NCBI GenBank assembly: GCA_965228735.1
Contig: OZ245838.1
Location: 1,888,001 to 1,952,000 of the forward strand
DNA length: 64,000 nucleotides
Source: Planctomycetota bacterium
GTDB lineage: Bacteria; Planctomycetota; UBA1135; UBA2386
Direction: 5' to 3'
Shown: positions 17,898 to 27,099 of the stretch, in pieces
How positions within the stretch are numbered: position 1 is the stretch's first letter
Layout: every line of letters starts with the position of its first letter
Made by a program: the position numbers and the translations under genes
Notes under the pieces: generated by a model
Seen by the model: only the letters and a program-made list of their open reading frames with translations
What the model was told of the DNA's origin: nothing
Database searches by the model: none

Positions 17898-17927
17898 GGG
17901 TTCGATTCCCGCCGCCTCCACCATTCT
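17898..17927 (+). repeat. att core copy 1 (tmRNA/ssrA-type 3' end)
   Basis: GGGTTCGATTCCCGCCGCCTCCACCATTCT: T-arm, Ala-type acceptor strand and CCA; exact 30-bp repeat at 34080-34109. Confidence 0.9.
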
Positions 17928-17945
17928 CAGTTTGCTCACCGAAAC

Positions 17946-17974
17946 TCACCGGGGCGCGCAGAGCGCCCCGGTGA
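17946..17974. terminator. Hairpin between att and integrase 3' end
   Basis: TCACCGGGGCGC-GCAGA-GCGCCCCGGTGA, perfect 12-bp stem. Confidence 0.6.
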
Positions 17975-17989
17975 ACTAGGTTACGAGCA

Positions 17990-19306
17990 CTACCCGGCGC
18001 TGCGCTCGCGCACCGACCCGCTCTGAGGATCACCCGTGCGCTGAGAATATGGTCGACTATTTGGTCGGCTCTCGGAGTCCGGGATCAGCCCCTCCACCGT
18101 CGCGATCGCGGCCGGGATCTCATTGATGAACTGCCGTAGCTTGGCGGCGTCCGTGCGCCGGTAGTGCTTGCGGGTGACCCCACCGGGGGTGTGGCGGAGG
18201 ATCGCGGCGACGATCCCGTCCGGCACCGCCTCGTCGAGCGCGTTCGCAAGCGACGTGCGCATGGCGTGCAGGTCGAGGCGCCGCCCGGCGTGATCGACAA
18301 CCGGCAGCTTGGCCCACTTCGCATCGTCCCGGATCCTCGCGGCGAGGTGGCGCGGCAGCGTCGGGTAGCCGCTCGGGTCGGGGTAGCCGACGACCAGCTC
18401 GTCATCGTGGACCGGCTTGCCGGCCTGGACACCGCGGTGTCGACGAACGTCGCGCAGCAGGTCGCGCAGTCCATCGTGCAGCGGCACCGACTGCTGCGTG
18501 CCGGTCTTAGTGATCTCCGCCGGCAGGTCGATCGTCTCGTCGGAGATCATCCCCCACCGCAGGTTCGCCAGCTCGTTGTTGCGCAGCCCGGCCAGGAACG
18601 CGATGACGACCGTGAGCGCCCGGCGCCGCGCGATCTCCATGTGCTTCTCGATGTTCGCCGGCCGGGCCCGGCTCTGCAGCGTGCGCTGGATGGCCGCCTT
18701 CGCGAGCTGGTTGACGCCCTCGGGAGTCAGGGCCTGCCGGTGCTGGCGCTGCTCCGAGGGCGTCCTGCGCAACGCTACGACCGGGTTCTTGAGGGCGCGG
18801 TCACCCTCTTCGAGCCACCGGCCAAACTGCTTCAGGAGGGACGCGTATTCGTTCCTCGTCTTGACCGTGGCGCCGCCGTCCAGAAGGCCGTTCAGGAAGC
18901 GCGTCGCCCGGTCGAGAGTCACGTCCGCAATCGACGTCGCGCGCATCCGCTTGAACGCCTTCTTCAATCGCGCGGTGACGAGCTTGACGTGCTTGTCACC
19001 CTGCTTGCGCACGCGCCGGCGAAGACCGGACCGCACGTGCTCGATGAAGTCGTCGAGGTGCTCGTCGATCGGGCGCTCGCGTTGCTCTGCGTGTGGGTCA
19101 AAGAGACCGGCAGCTTTCTTGTCGTAGTCCGCCTTCGCCGCACGCAGAAACGTGTTGGCGGCAGTCTTCGTCTTGAACCCCTCGCGCTTGGACCAGGGGT
19201 TCCGTTTGTGCCGGTTCTCGTAGCGCCGGAACTTGACCGTGAACGGCCCACGCCCCTTTGCCGGGAAGATCGAGCCGTTCCAGTCTTTGCCCGAGGAGAG
19301 CGTCAT
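17990..19306 (-). CDS. int: Tyrosine integrase
   Basis: AGLRNNEL, TKTG, LHAMRTS, ILRH, KHY catalytic set; adjacent to att. Confidence 0.92.
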   Translation of the reverse strand: MTLSSGKDWNGSIFPAKGRGPFTVKFRRYENRHKRNPWSKREGFKTKTAANTFLRAAKADYDKKAAGLFDPHAEQRERPIDEHLDDFIEHVRSGLRRRVRKQGDKHVKLVTARLKKAFKRMRATSIADVTLDRATRFLNGLLDGGATVKTRNEYASLLKQFGRWLEEGDRALKNPVVALRRTPSEQRQHRQALTPEGVNQLAKAAIQRTLQSRARPANIEKHMEIARRRALTVVIAFLAGLRNNELANLRWGMISDETIDLPAEITKTGTQQSVPLHDGLRDLLRDVRRHRGVQAGKPVHDDELVVGYPDPSGYPTLPRHLAARIRDDAKWAKLPVVDHAGRRLDLHAMRTSLANALDEAVPDGIVAAILRHTPGGVTRKHYRRTDAAKLRQFINEIPAAIATVEGLIPDSESRPNSRPYSQRTGDPQSGSVRERSAG

Positions 19307-19608
19307 GAGGCGCTCCTGGCCCGAGTCACCTTCGCCTTGACTTGCGCGCGCCAGTCGCGGCCGAGGCGCTCGGCGACGATCGCAGCCCAGTCCTGGCAGT
19401 TCGCGTAGGCCTCGACCTCGCGGGCGATGAACTGCGTCTTGCGGCCCTCGCCGTCGCCCCTCGTGGACGGCACGGTGATGCGCGGCGGGAAGTCACCGCG
19501 GGCCTCGAACTCGCGGACCGTGTTCGGACTCAGCCCCGTCACATGCGCCGCCTCGGCCAACGAGAAGCGGAACTTGGGGAGATCGATCGAGGACTTCTTC
19601 GCCTTCAT
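19303..19608 (-). CDS. AlpA/excisionase-like HTH protein
   Basis: SLAEAAHVTGLSPNTV......GDFP.RI...FIAREVEAY; start uncertain (ORF open to 19767). Confidence 0.75.
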   Translation of the reverse strand: MKAKKSSIDLPKFRFSLAEAAHVTGLSPNTVREFEARGDFPPRITVPSTRGDGEGRKTQFIAREVEAYANCQDWAAIVAERLGRDWRAQVKAKVTRARSAS

Positions 19609-19770
19609 CTTCGGCACGAGGGCCACCTTGCGCGACTGCGCGGCTGCGGTCCGGCGCCGAGCTACCCGGCGCGCTGGGAACGCACGCGGCGACCGTGCCG
19701 CATGCAGTCCACCATCTATTCCGCGCCGCGGGAGAATTCCGCCGCATGTTGATCGGTGCGCTTGCATGAC

Positions 19771-20751
19771 TCACACCTCCAGGATCGCCAGTGCCCGCCG
19801 CCGCTCGGTCGCTTGGCGATCGATGTATACCTGCGCCGCGCTCAACGACTTCCAACCACCGGTCGCCATCAGGGTCGCGATCGACCCCTGCCCCGCGACG
19901 AAGGTCGCTGCCGAATGCCGCAGCCCGTGCGGGCGCACGATCGTCTTGATGCCCGCCTCCTTTGCCCTGGCGCGCACCATGCGGCGCACGCCCTCGGCTC
20001 CGATCGCCGTGATCGCGTTCGTCGGGGCCGCCGCGTCGAGGCGCTGGAACAGCGGGCCGGCGACGTTCCCGCGGTAGGTGAACCACCGGCGCAACGAGTC
20101 GGCGCAGCCCTTGCTGATGAGGACGCGCTGCCGCTCCCGCTGCCCCTTCCGCTTCGCCAGGACGACCGGACCATCGGGGTGGTCGAGCTGCACGTGGCGG
20201 CGCAGCAGGCTCGTGACCTCGGATACGCGCAACGCCGCGGTGTAGAGCAGGCGAAGGATCGCCGCGTTCCGCTTGGCCAGCGGGGAGCCGTTGTCGGCGT
20301 CCTGGTCGAGGCGCTCGATCATCCGCTCGACGTCACCGCGGTGCGGGCCGCTGCGATCCTCCCGGGGTTCAACGCGCGGGGCGACCTGTTCCAGCCGCCA
20401 CGTGATGAGCCCAGCACGCCGACAGGCCTTGACCAGGGACGCGACGCCGCTGACCCGCAGCTTCGCCGTCGCGGTCGACTTGCCGGCGTCGAGCAAGTGA
20501 TCTCGCCAGTCCCCGACAAGCGCATGGGCTTTGCCGGCGCCGGCGGTGACGAGCAGTTCGAGCGCGCGCTCGGGCGGCGCTTCGGTGTCGGACAACGCCC
20601 AGCCCGCGAACGCGCGCATCGACCGCGTGTAGGACCGCGCGCTCTCGGGTGAGAGGGCAGCGAGCCAACGGCGAATGATTTCCTGTGGCGTCGTGTCGAT
20701 CGCCGCGAGCGCGGCAGGCGTCAGACCCGTCGACTTCGGAACGAGGCTCAC
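19771..20751 (-). CDS. Second tyrosine recombinase (XerC/D-like)
   Basis: ALRVSEV, KRKG, PHGLRHSAAT, GGWKS...VY. Confidence 0.9.
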   Translation of the reverse strand: MSLVPKSTGLTPAALAAIDTTPQEIIRRWLAALSPESARSYTRSMRAFAGWALSDTEAPPERALELLVTAGAGKAHALVGDWRDHLLDAGKSTATAKLRVSGVASLVKACRRAGLITWRLEQVAPRVEPREDRSGPHRGDVERMIERLDQDADNGSPLAKRNAAILRLLYTAALRVSEVTSLLRRHVQLDHPDGPVVLAKRKGQRERQRVLISKGCADSLRRWFTYRGNVAGPLFQRLDAAAPTNAITAIGAEGVRRMVRARAKEAGIKTIVRPHGLRHSAATFVAGQGSIATLMATGGWKSLSAAQVYIDRQATERRRALAILEV

Positions 20752-21209
20752 GACTCACCTCCCGGCAGGGCGTGGAACGACTCGTCCGCGAAGCTGAAGA
20801 ACCGACCGTCGCCGATCACGAGGTGGTCCAACACCGGGATGCCGAGCAGGTCGCCGACCTCGCGCAGACGGCGAGTGACACCTCGATCATCGGCGCTCGG
20901 TTCTGGATCCCCGGACGGATGGTTGTGCGCGATGACGATCGCGGTTGCTGCGAGGGCGACAGCAGGACCGAAGACTTCGCGCGGATGCGCGGGCGACGCG
21001 TCGGCCGTGCCGACGTGCGCATCGTGAACCGCGATCGCCCGGTGTCGAGCGTCGAGGTAGACAGCCGCGAATCGCTCGCGCGGGTCGTCGCGCAGAAACT
21101 CCTGCAGCAGGCCGACCACGTCGCCGGCGCGACGCACAGCGTAGGGCTGCTGCGCTCGTTCGCGGACGAGAGACAGGCGCACGCGGCGCCACGTGCGACG
21201 CTCCTTCAC
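20748..21209 (-). CDS. RadC-like JAB domain protein
   Basis: HPREVF, AHNHPSGDPEPSADD, GIPVLDHLVIG. Confidence 0.9.
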   Translation of the reverse strand: MKERRTWRRVRLSLVRERAQQPYAVRRAGDVVGLLQEFLRDDPRERFAAVYLDARHRAIAVHDAHVGTADASPAHPREVFGPAVALAATAIVIAHNHPSGDPEPSADDRGVTRRLREVGDLLGIPVLDHLVIGDGRFFSFADESFHALPGGES

Positions 21210-21472
21210 TGCTGCACCTCCGCGAGCTGCGCGTCGATCGACTCGACCTCGGCCATCGCGCGGGCCCGCAGCTCGGCGAGCAAGCGCGGCAGGCCCTTCG
21301 TGCTCTGGGCGATGAGGATTCCGCGCTGCTCGCGAATAGCGAACGTCGCGTAGTCGACCGCAGCACGGAGCGTGCCAATGTAGACGCTCGTGAGATCGTG
21401 GCCGGTGGCTGCGGCGGCGATGACGGTCCGGTGAGTCGACTTCGAGAGGTCGACATTCTTCGTCTTGGTCAT
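21206..21472 (-). CDS. Hypothetical protein
   Basis: 88 aa, AAGGAAG RBS, coupled to the RadC-like gene. Confidence 0.6.
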   Translation of the reverse strand: MTKTKNVDLSKSTHRTVIAAAATGHDLTSVYIGTLRAAVDYATFAIREQRGILIAQSTKGLPRLLAELRARAMAEVESIDAQLAEVQQ

Positions 21473-21703
21473 GGTGCTTCCTTGGTCAGGAGCACCGAGA
21501 CACGGCGCACGGGCGCCGCGGAGCTAGGTTCGCCGGACGATCGTCCGAACGCACATCTGCGGGAGCCGACAGGACGCCCGCATCACCACCGTGCCGCTCC
21601 AGGCCGGTTGGTCGTCAACTCGCAGTTGACATCTCGATGCGCTGCCGAGGTTACCGCGCCCTTCGGAGAGTACAAGGCGGTAGCGCCCGCCTGGCGGAAG
21701 TGG

Positions 21704-22204
21704 CTACGGCTTCTTCGCGGCGTGAGCTTCCATGTCCTGGCGAAGTTGCTCCCGGACTGCGACGCTGCGCTTGTTGAGGAACAGCAGTTTCCCCAAGCGG
21801 TCCGCGATCAACTTCTTCTTGACCGGGAACATGAGCTTGCCGGATTGCTCTTCGATCGTCCCCGACCGCAGCTCTCCCATCAGCTCCGTCACCTGATGCC
21901 GGATCATCATCGCCGCTTGGAATGCGTCGTTGCCTTCGTTGGCTAGCAATGCGCGCTGTCCAGCCCGCTCTGCAAGCTCCGTCATCCCGATCACAGTGAG
22001 GCCGCGATCTTCATGGGTCTCATAGATCTCAGCAGCTGGCTTCCCGGCGGCCAAGTCTGCCTCGATAGCGAGGACCAACTCTTGCGCTGCTTCGGCTGCG
22101 ACGATCGCTGCATCAATAGGGTTCTCCGGCATCCACCCTGATTGCCCTGGCCGGGCGACACAGGCCGCAAGAAGGATCGGGAACGTCAAGAGCAACCAAC
22201 GCAT
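21704..22204 (-). CDS. Hypothetical lipoprotein
   Basis: MRWLLLTFPILLAAC lipobox; lower GC. Confidence 0.55.
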   Translation of the reverse strand: MRWLLLTFPILLAACVARPGQSGWMPENPIDAAIVAAEAAQELVLAIEADLAAGKPAAEIYETHEDRGLTVIGMTELAERAGQRALLANEGNDAFQAAMMIRHQVTELMGELRSGTIEEQSGKLMFPVKKKLIADRLGKLLFLNKRSVAVREQLRQDMEAHAAKKP

Positions 22205-22385
22205 GAGCCCAAGAAGATCGGCGCCACCGTTGCCCCGCAATCGAAACCGCCCATTTCAAACGAGGCCCGATACGGTCGCCGTCGAAGAGAAGACCAGATG
22301 TCATGAAGGGCGTGCTGATCGTGATCGGCGTGATCTTTCTGTTCAACCTCGCCCGCGGCTGCAGCAGGTAGCCCCCCTTAGACCC

Positions 22386-23048
22386 TCACTGACTCGCTCT
22401 TCGCTCGTCTCGCTCGGCACGAAGCTGGATGAACTGCCGGATCGAGTCCGCCAACTTGAACCACTCACCTCGGACGCGGTGCTCGGCGAACGCGTCGTGC
22501 AAGAGGCTCTCTGTCTCCCGAGTGCCTCGGAACGAATAGAGCACCTCAAGGGACTCGCTCGGGTTGTCGGTCATCATCTGCCCGAGACGGGCCTTCACGC
22601 TGCGCGCGAGACCGATCTTCACGAGGTCGGTCGAAGTGTCCGCAATGAAGTAGATGAAGCCCGGTTTGTGCAGCCGGGATCCCTGGCCGCGTTGCCGACG
22701 GAGACGATCCCGGCGCTCCATCAGTTCCGTTTCGCGTTCGAGCAGGTCAAGCCCGCGCTTCCCGTCCAGGATCGGGGCGAGGAGGTTGATCAGCTCGCGG
22801 AGGCGCATGTGGTGCGCCGGCGGCCGGCTGCCGTTCTCGGTGCCCAAGATGGCCTGCTCCTCGCGCATCAGGACGCCGTCGGCATGTGCCTCCTCGGGCG
22901 TGTCGCGGGATGAACCGACCACTGTCTTCCCCGCGATGACCGCCCAGCCGCGATACTTGTAGCCATCCTTCCGGCGAAGGCGCTGAACGTAGGGCGGCAG
23001 CTTGGCGCCGTCTCCCAGGTCCGAGCTGCCGTTCTCGGAGTCGCTCAT
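22386..23048 (-). CDS. GIY-YIG (T5orf172/MUG113-like) protein with AP2-like N-terminal domain
   Basis: GFIYFI...VKIG...R...E..LH..F...R.RGEWF; N-terminal YRGWAVI.GK......DTPEEAH. Confidence 0.75.
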   Translation of the reverse strand: MSDSENGSSDLGDGAKLPPYVQRLRRKDGYKYRGWAVIAGKTVVGSSRDTPEEAHADGVLMREEQAILGTENGSRPPAHHMRLRELINLLAPILDGKRGLDLLERETELMERRDRLRRQRGQGSRLHKPGFIYFIADTSTDLVKIGLARSVKARLGQMMTDNPSESLEVLYSFRGTRETESLLHDAFAEHRVRGEWFKLADSIRQFIQLRAERDERRASQ

Positions 23049-23336
23049 GCGGCACAGCCTACGCGAAGCGCGCGCAGCGCCGACCCGAGCAGTTCTATGC
23101 ACGCAGCCCGACTCAGATCACCGCGGAATTCCATCGCCGCGCGGCATAGGTTCCGCGCCGGCAGCGATCCCACATCGCGGAAAAAAGTTCGCGGCCGCGT
23201 TTCGTGAGAGCGGTCGAGCAATGGGTTTTGAAGAGCCGACTTACGTGATACCACTGTCTACCCAAGTGTCTACTGTGCGGTAGTTTAGAGGACTGCGTCC
23301 GTCGACCCTCGGCTCCAACGGCATAGATGGTAGGCC

Positions 23337-23621
23337 ATGCCACTATCGACTCCGAACGAGCCATCACCGGCCGTCCAAGAGCTACGCCTCCGCCTCGAAG
23401 CCGGACAGCTTGAACCCGTCGGCGCTGTCATCGAGCGCGTCCTCGGCGAAGCCATCTCGGGCGTCACCCTGGCCCGCTGGTGCGAGGTCGGCCGAGCCGG
23501 CATCCGAATCCCCACCGTGCGCGGCGCGCGCCTGAAGCGCCTGACGACGGAGAGCGCCTTCCGCCACTGGCTCTCGGTGACGAGCGACCTCGTCGAGGAG
23601 GAGGGCTGCGACGATGCGTGA
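23337..23621 (+). CDS. DUF1580-like winged-HTH protein
   Basis: TLARW...G..G.RIPT......TTE.A..W. Confidence 0.65.
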   Translation: MPLSTPNEPSPAVQELRLRLEAGQLEPVGAVIERVLGEAISGVTLARWCEVGRAGIRIPTVRGARLKRLTTESAFRHWLSVTSDLVEEEGCDDA

Positions 23622-23829
23622 GCACGAGGAGCTGCTCCACGTCGGTGACCTGGAGCCCGTCGAAGTCGTCGTCGAGCGCGTGATGGGTCACGTGGATCCG
23701 TTCCACCTTCGGCGCTGGATCGAGCACGGACGCGCCGGACGCATCGTGTTGCCGACCGTCGTCGAGGGTGGAGAGAGGATGACGACCGAGGCGGCCCTGC
23801 GCTCGTGGCGCGATGCAACGTCGGCCTGA
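23614..23829 (+). CDS. DUF1580-like protein, tandem paralog
   Basis: LRRW...GRAG...LPT..GG..TTEAALRSW. Confidence 0.6.
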   Translation: MREHEELLHVGDLEPVEVVVERVMGHVDPFHLRRWIEHGRAGRIVLPTVVEGGERMTTEAALRSWRDATSA

Positions 23830-23849
23830 AGGCGAAGAGGGAGACGGAG

Positions 23850-26015
23850 ATGACCGAGATCGACTACACGCAGACGGCAGAGGGGATCGAGATCCCCGAC
23901 CGCCTGAAGCAGCAGCACCGGTGGTGCCGGTGGAGTCTGCAGCGCAACGAGCAAGGGCGGATGACCAAGAAGCCCGACCGCTCGACCTCCGACGTGGAGG
24001 CGCTGTCGCCCTTCGAGCCGGGCGCGATGTCAGACACCCGAGGAATCGGGTTCGTTTTCACCGACGGTGTCGAGGACGACGAGGGCTGCACGCTCATCGC
24101 GATCGACATCGACGCGTGCCGCGTGCCGACGCGCAACGCGAACGACGAGTCAGGCGAGGACGCCGGGCAACTGACCGATTGGGGTCGTGAGGTCATCGAG
24201 ATGTGCGGCCACAGCTATACCGAGGTGTCGCCGTCGGGCACAGGGCTGCGCGTCTTCGTGTTCGTGCGCGCCCTCAACCGCGAGATCACCACGAAGATGC
24301 GCGCGCCCGGCGCAGCCGCGCCCGGTGTCGACAAGAACCCCGAGGTTCAGCTTTTCGGCGTTCACGGCGCGGCTCAATACGTGACCGTCACCGGGCAGCG
24401 CCTGCTCGCAACGTCGCCCGACATCCTCACGCTCGACAACCTCGACGAGCTGATCGCGCAGTATCGCCTCGACCAGGACTACAAGGAGCGCGGCGACGGG
24501 TCACTGCCCGAGGGCAATGGCGAGCGGCGAACGCTGGAGCAGATCGCGGAGCGGGTGCGGGACGCCTCCTGGAAGTGCGAGCACCTGCTGAAGGGCGATT
24601 GGGATCACGAGGATCTCGACTACGCCAGCCCGAGCGAAGGCTACGCCGCGATCGTTGGGTTCGTGCTGAAGGCCGCGAACGGGCACGGCGACCTCGCCCT
24701 CGACTTCCTGATGGACTTGCCCGTGTGGGCTGCGGGCACCGTGCGCGAGAGCGCCGACCCCGGCAAGTATGGGCGGCGAGCATGGGTCCACGGCGAGGTG
24801 TGCCGGCTCCACCAGGGCAATGCAGACCCTGACCCGGCGCGCGTGTTTGAGCCGCTCGGTGAGCTGCCGCCCGAGGAGCGTCCCCCGTCGCACAAGCGGG
24901 CGCGCATAGTCACGTTCGAGGAGTTTGACCGGAGCGTTCAACCCGAGCGATTCCTGATCGACGGTCTGCTCCCGCGCACGGGACTCGCGCAGTTCTTCGG
25001 CGACCCCGGCAGCGGCAAGACACCGTTTGCGATGAACGTCGCGCTCGCGGTCGCGCTCGGCGAGGCGCGGTTCTTCAACCGCGACGTCGACCACCACGGC
25101 AAGGTGCTCTACATGGTCGGCGAGGACGCCAACGGGCTGGGACACCGGTTGCGCGCGGAGCTGAATGCCCGAGGGCTAACCCGAACAGATCTCCAAGGCC
25201 GCCTGTTCCTCACGACTCAGCCCGGGCAGCTCTGCGACGAGGAGGACGCCGCGCGGTGGCGCGACGAGATCCACGCTTTCGGCGAGTTCGCGATGGTCGT
25301 GATCGACACGCAGTCGAGGAACTTCGGCGCCGGCAACGAGAACGACACGCAGGACATGACGCGCTTCGTGAACAACCTCGCGCGGCTCGCCGAGCAACTC
25401 CAGCTCCTGGTCGTCCTGGTTCACCACACGGGCCACAAGTCGAAGGAGCGCGCCCGCGGCAGCTCGGTGATGTTCGGCGCTCTCGACGCGTCCTACGAGG
25501 TCACGAAGGAGGAGATCGGCGACATCAAGGCGGTCGTCGCGAAGTCCACCAAGGCGAAGAATTGGGCTAACCCTTCGCCGCTGCGCGGGACGCTCGTGCC
25601 GGTCACGCTCGACATCGACGGCAAGGGGCGCCCAATCACCGCGATCACATTGAGCCAGAAGGCTCCAGAGGATCAGCCGCTCGGCGACCTCGTCGCGGCC
25701 GAGTTGGAGGACGACGCGGACCTGCGCGCCCTGCTGGCTTTCTTCGTCGGCAGCGAAGGGGAGTGGGTTTCTCGGGCGAAGGCGCGCTCGGTCACCCGAC
25801 TCAGCGATCACAAAGTGAAGGCCAAGACGAGGCGCCTCGTGGAAGTTGGGCTCCTGGAGATCATCGCCGAGAGCGCGACGCGGGGCCGTCAATACCGACT
25901 GCCGCAGGCTCCCAATTCCGAGGGTCAGAGGGGCTCTGAAGCTGGCGATTTCGGGCCGCCAGCTCAGTTGGAGCTGGCGATTTCACCAGCTAGCGCCAGC
26001 TCGGAGGGCCAGTGA
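23850..26015 (+). CDS. Primase-polymerase (NrS-1-like) fused to RepA/AAA_25 helicase
   Basis: IP..LK...W..W, GIGFVF, IDID, YTEVSPSGTGL; Walker A GDPGSGKT, VVIDT, VHHTG, RGSS. Confidence 0.88.
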   Translation: MTEIDYTQTAEGIEIPDRLKQQHRWCRWSLQRNEQGRMTKKPDRSTSDVEALSPFEPGAMSDTRGIGFVFTDGVEDDEGCTLIAIDIDACRVPTRNANDESGEDAGQLTDWGREVIEMCGHSYTEVSPSGTGLRVFVFVRALNREITTKMRAPGAAAPGVDKNPEVQLFGVHGAAQYVTVTGQRLLATSPDILTLDNLDELIAQYRLDQDYKERGDGSLPEGNGERRTLEQIAERVRDASWKCEHLLKGDWDHEDLDYASPSEGYAAIVGFVLKAANGHGDLALDFLMDLPVWAAGTVRESADPGKYGRRAWVHGEVCRLHQGNADPDPARVFEPLGELPPEERPPSHKRARIVTFEEFDRSVQPERFLIDGLLPRTGLAQFFGDPGSGKTPFAMNVALAVALGEARFFNRDVDHHGKVLYMVGEDANGLGHRLRAELNARGLTRTDLQGRLFLTTQPGQLCDEEDAARWRDEIHAFGEFAMVVIDTQSRNFGAGNENDTQDMTRFVNNLARLAEQLQLLVVLVHHTGHKSKERARGSSVMFGALDASYEVTKEEIGDIKAVVAKSTKAKNWANPSPLRGTLVPVTLDIDGKGRPITAITLSQKAPEDQPLGDLVAAELEDDADLRALLAFFVGSEGEWVSRAKARSVTRLSDHKVKAKTRRLVEVGLLEIIAESATRGRQYRLPQAPNSEGQRGSEAGDFGPPAQLELAISPASASSEGQ

Positions 26016-26138
26016 TGCAAGTCGCGGGAAACACGTACTTTAAGCTGGCGACACACAACCGCCAGCTAACCGCCAGCCATAGCTGGCGGGCTGGTGTGCC
26101 CCTTATAGAGGGGCACCAGCTCCGCCAACCAGCTAGCG
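25939..26138. repeat. CCAGCT iteron cluster, putative satellite origin
   Basis: About a dozen CCAGCT/AGCTGG hexamers in both orientations around CCCC-TTATAGA-GGGG at the primase 3' end. Confidence 0.55.
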
Positions 26139-26634
26139 ACCTCGGACAACCCCACCCCTCCGGTGGCGAATCGCTGCAAAGCGAGCACGCGAAGAGGGCC
26201 ACTCGATCGCGATGCAGCGCGACGCGAGCGGATCGCCGCGAGCGATCCCCGCGCATCCGGTGTCGCCACTCTGGCGCCCGACGCATTAACCCGCAGGGCG
26301 CGCGCCCGGCAGCCCGAGCAACTTGGTCATGGGCTCCGGCCGCTGGCGCGCGGCCCTGCACTTCCTCTTTGGCGAGGCGCAGCCCGGACGGGGTGCTCCG
26401 TTTCCATCCCGCACGCGATCGGCTGGTCCCCGATCCGGTTGCCGGGCTGCGCCTCGCCTTCTTCTTCCGCGCTACGCCAGCGCGTGCTGCGCGATCTCGC
26501 GCCGAGGCACCCAGGAGAGGTTGCGACCAGCAGAGCCGCGCACAGCGACGCTCACGAATTCACAGCACCTATGTCTCGGCACGGCGCCGGTCGACCGCCC
26601 TCCGCGTGACAAAACTCAAGTTACCCAAAGCCCA

Positions 26635-27060
26635 ATGAACTCCGAACCAGTTCGCTTCGATCCTCTCGACTACCCCGTCGGGCACCACCTCGATCCGCAC
26701 ATCACCGGCCGGCCCCGTCCGCGTCCGGGTGAGGTCGAGTTCGATCTCGACACGCGTCGGTGCCCGCGGTGTCGGCCCGATCTCTTCCCGGGCGACGTCG
26801 CGCTCGCCGCGCCGGTCTGCTGCGACGGCCCTGCGATCATGCGGTTCGACCTTCGTGCGGCCCGCGCCTACCGCATCTGGCGGGGCTGGCCGACGGAGGA
26901 GGATGTCCTCGTGCTGGCGTTCGTCGTTGGCGACGAGCCCTATCCGAGCCGCCGCCGCGGCGCGCGGGAACCCATGGATGCGCAAGTCATCTGCGCGCTC
27001 GTCGCCGGCGACCCGGTGCCGACGGGCGCCAACATCACCGACTACCCGGCGCGCGCATAG
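26635..27060 (+). CDS. Hypothetical protein (CxxC, CC)
   Basis: ATG 26635 after an AT-richer stretch; GC-rich third positions. Confidence 0.55.
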   Translation: MNSEPVRFDPLDYPVGHHLDPHITGRPRPRPGEVEFDLDTRRCPRCRPDLFPGDVALAAPVCCDGPAIMRFDLRAARAYRIWRGWPTEEDVLVLAFVVGDEPYPSRRRGAREPMDAQVICALVAGDPVPTGANITDYPARA

Positions 27061-27099
27061 CCGCGGGCGCCATCAGCCACACAGCAACACGACAGAACT

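Larger units (their letters stand above)
1..17927 (-). mobile_element. Prophage (right part), BPP-1/epsilon15-like podovirus; continues left of window
   Basis: Co-oriented, tightly overlapping minus-strand genes in the order early/replication, TerS, TerL, GNAT, portal, Bbp19-like, scaffold, major capsid; ends at a tmRNA-3'-end att copy. Confidence 0.9.

Noticed and set aside
17560..17927. Complete tmRNA or tRNA gene
   Set aside because: Only the T-arm and acceptor 3' strand are present; no complementary 5' end upstream, and the region is occupied by phage ORFs. The same holds at 34080.
1..17927. Diversity-generating retroelement, as in BPP-1
   Set aside because: No reverse transcriptase motifs or TR/VR pair seen; the tail region lies outside the window, so it is not excluded there.
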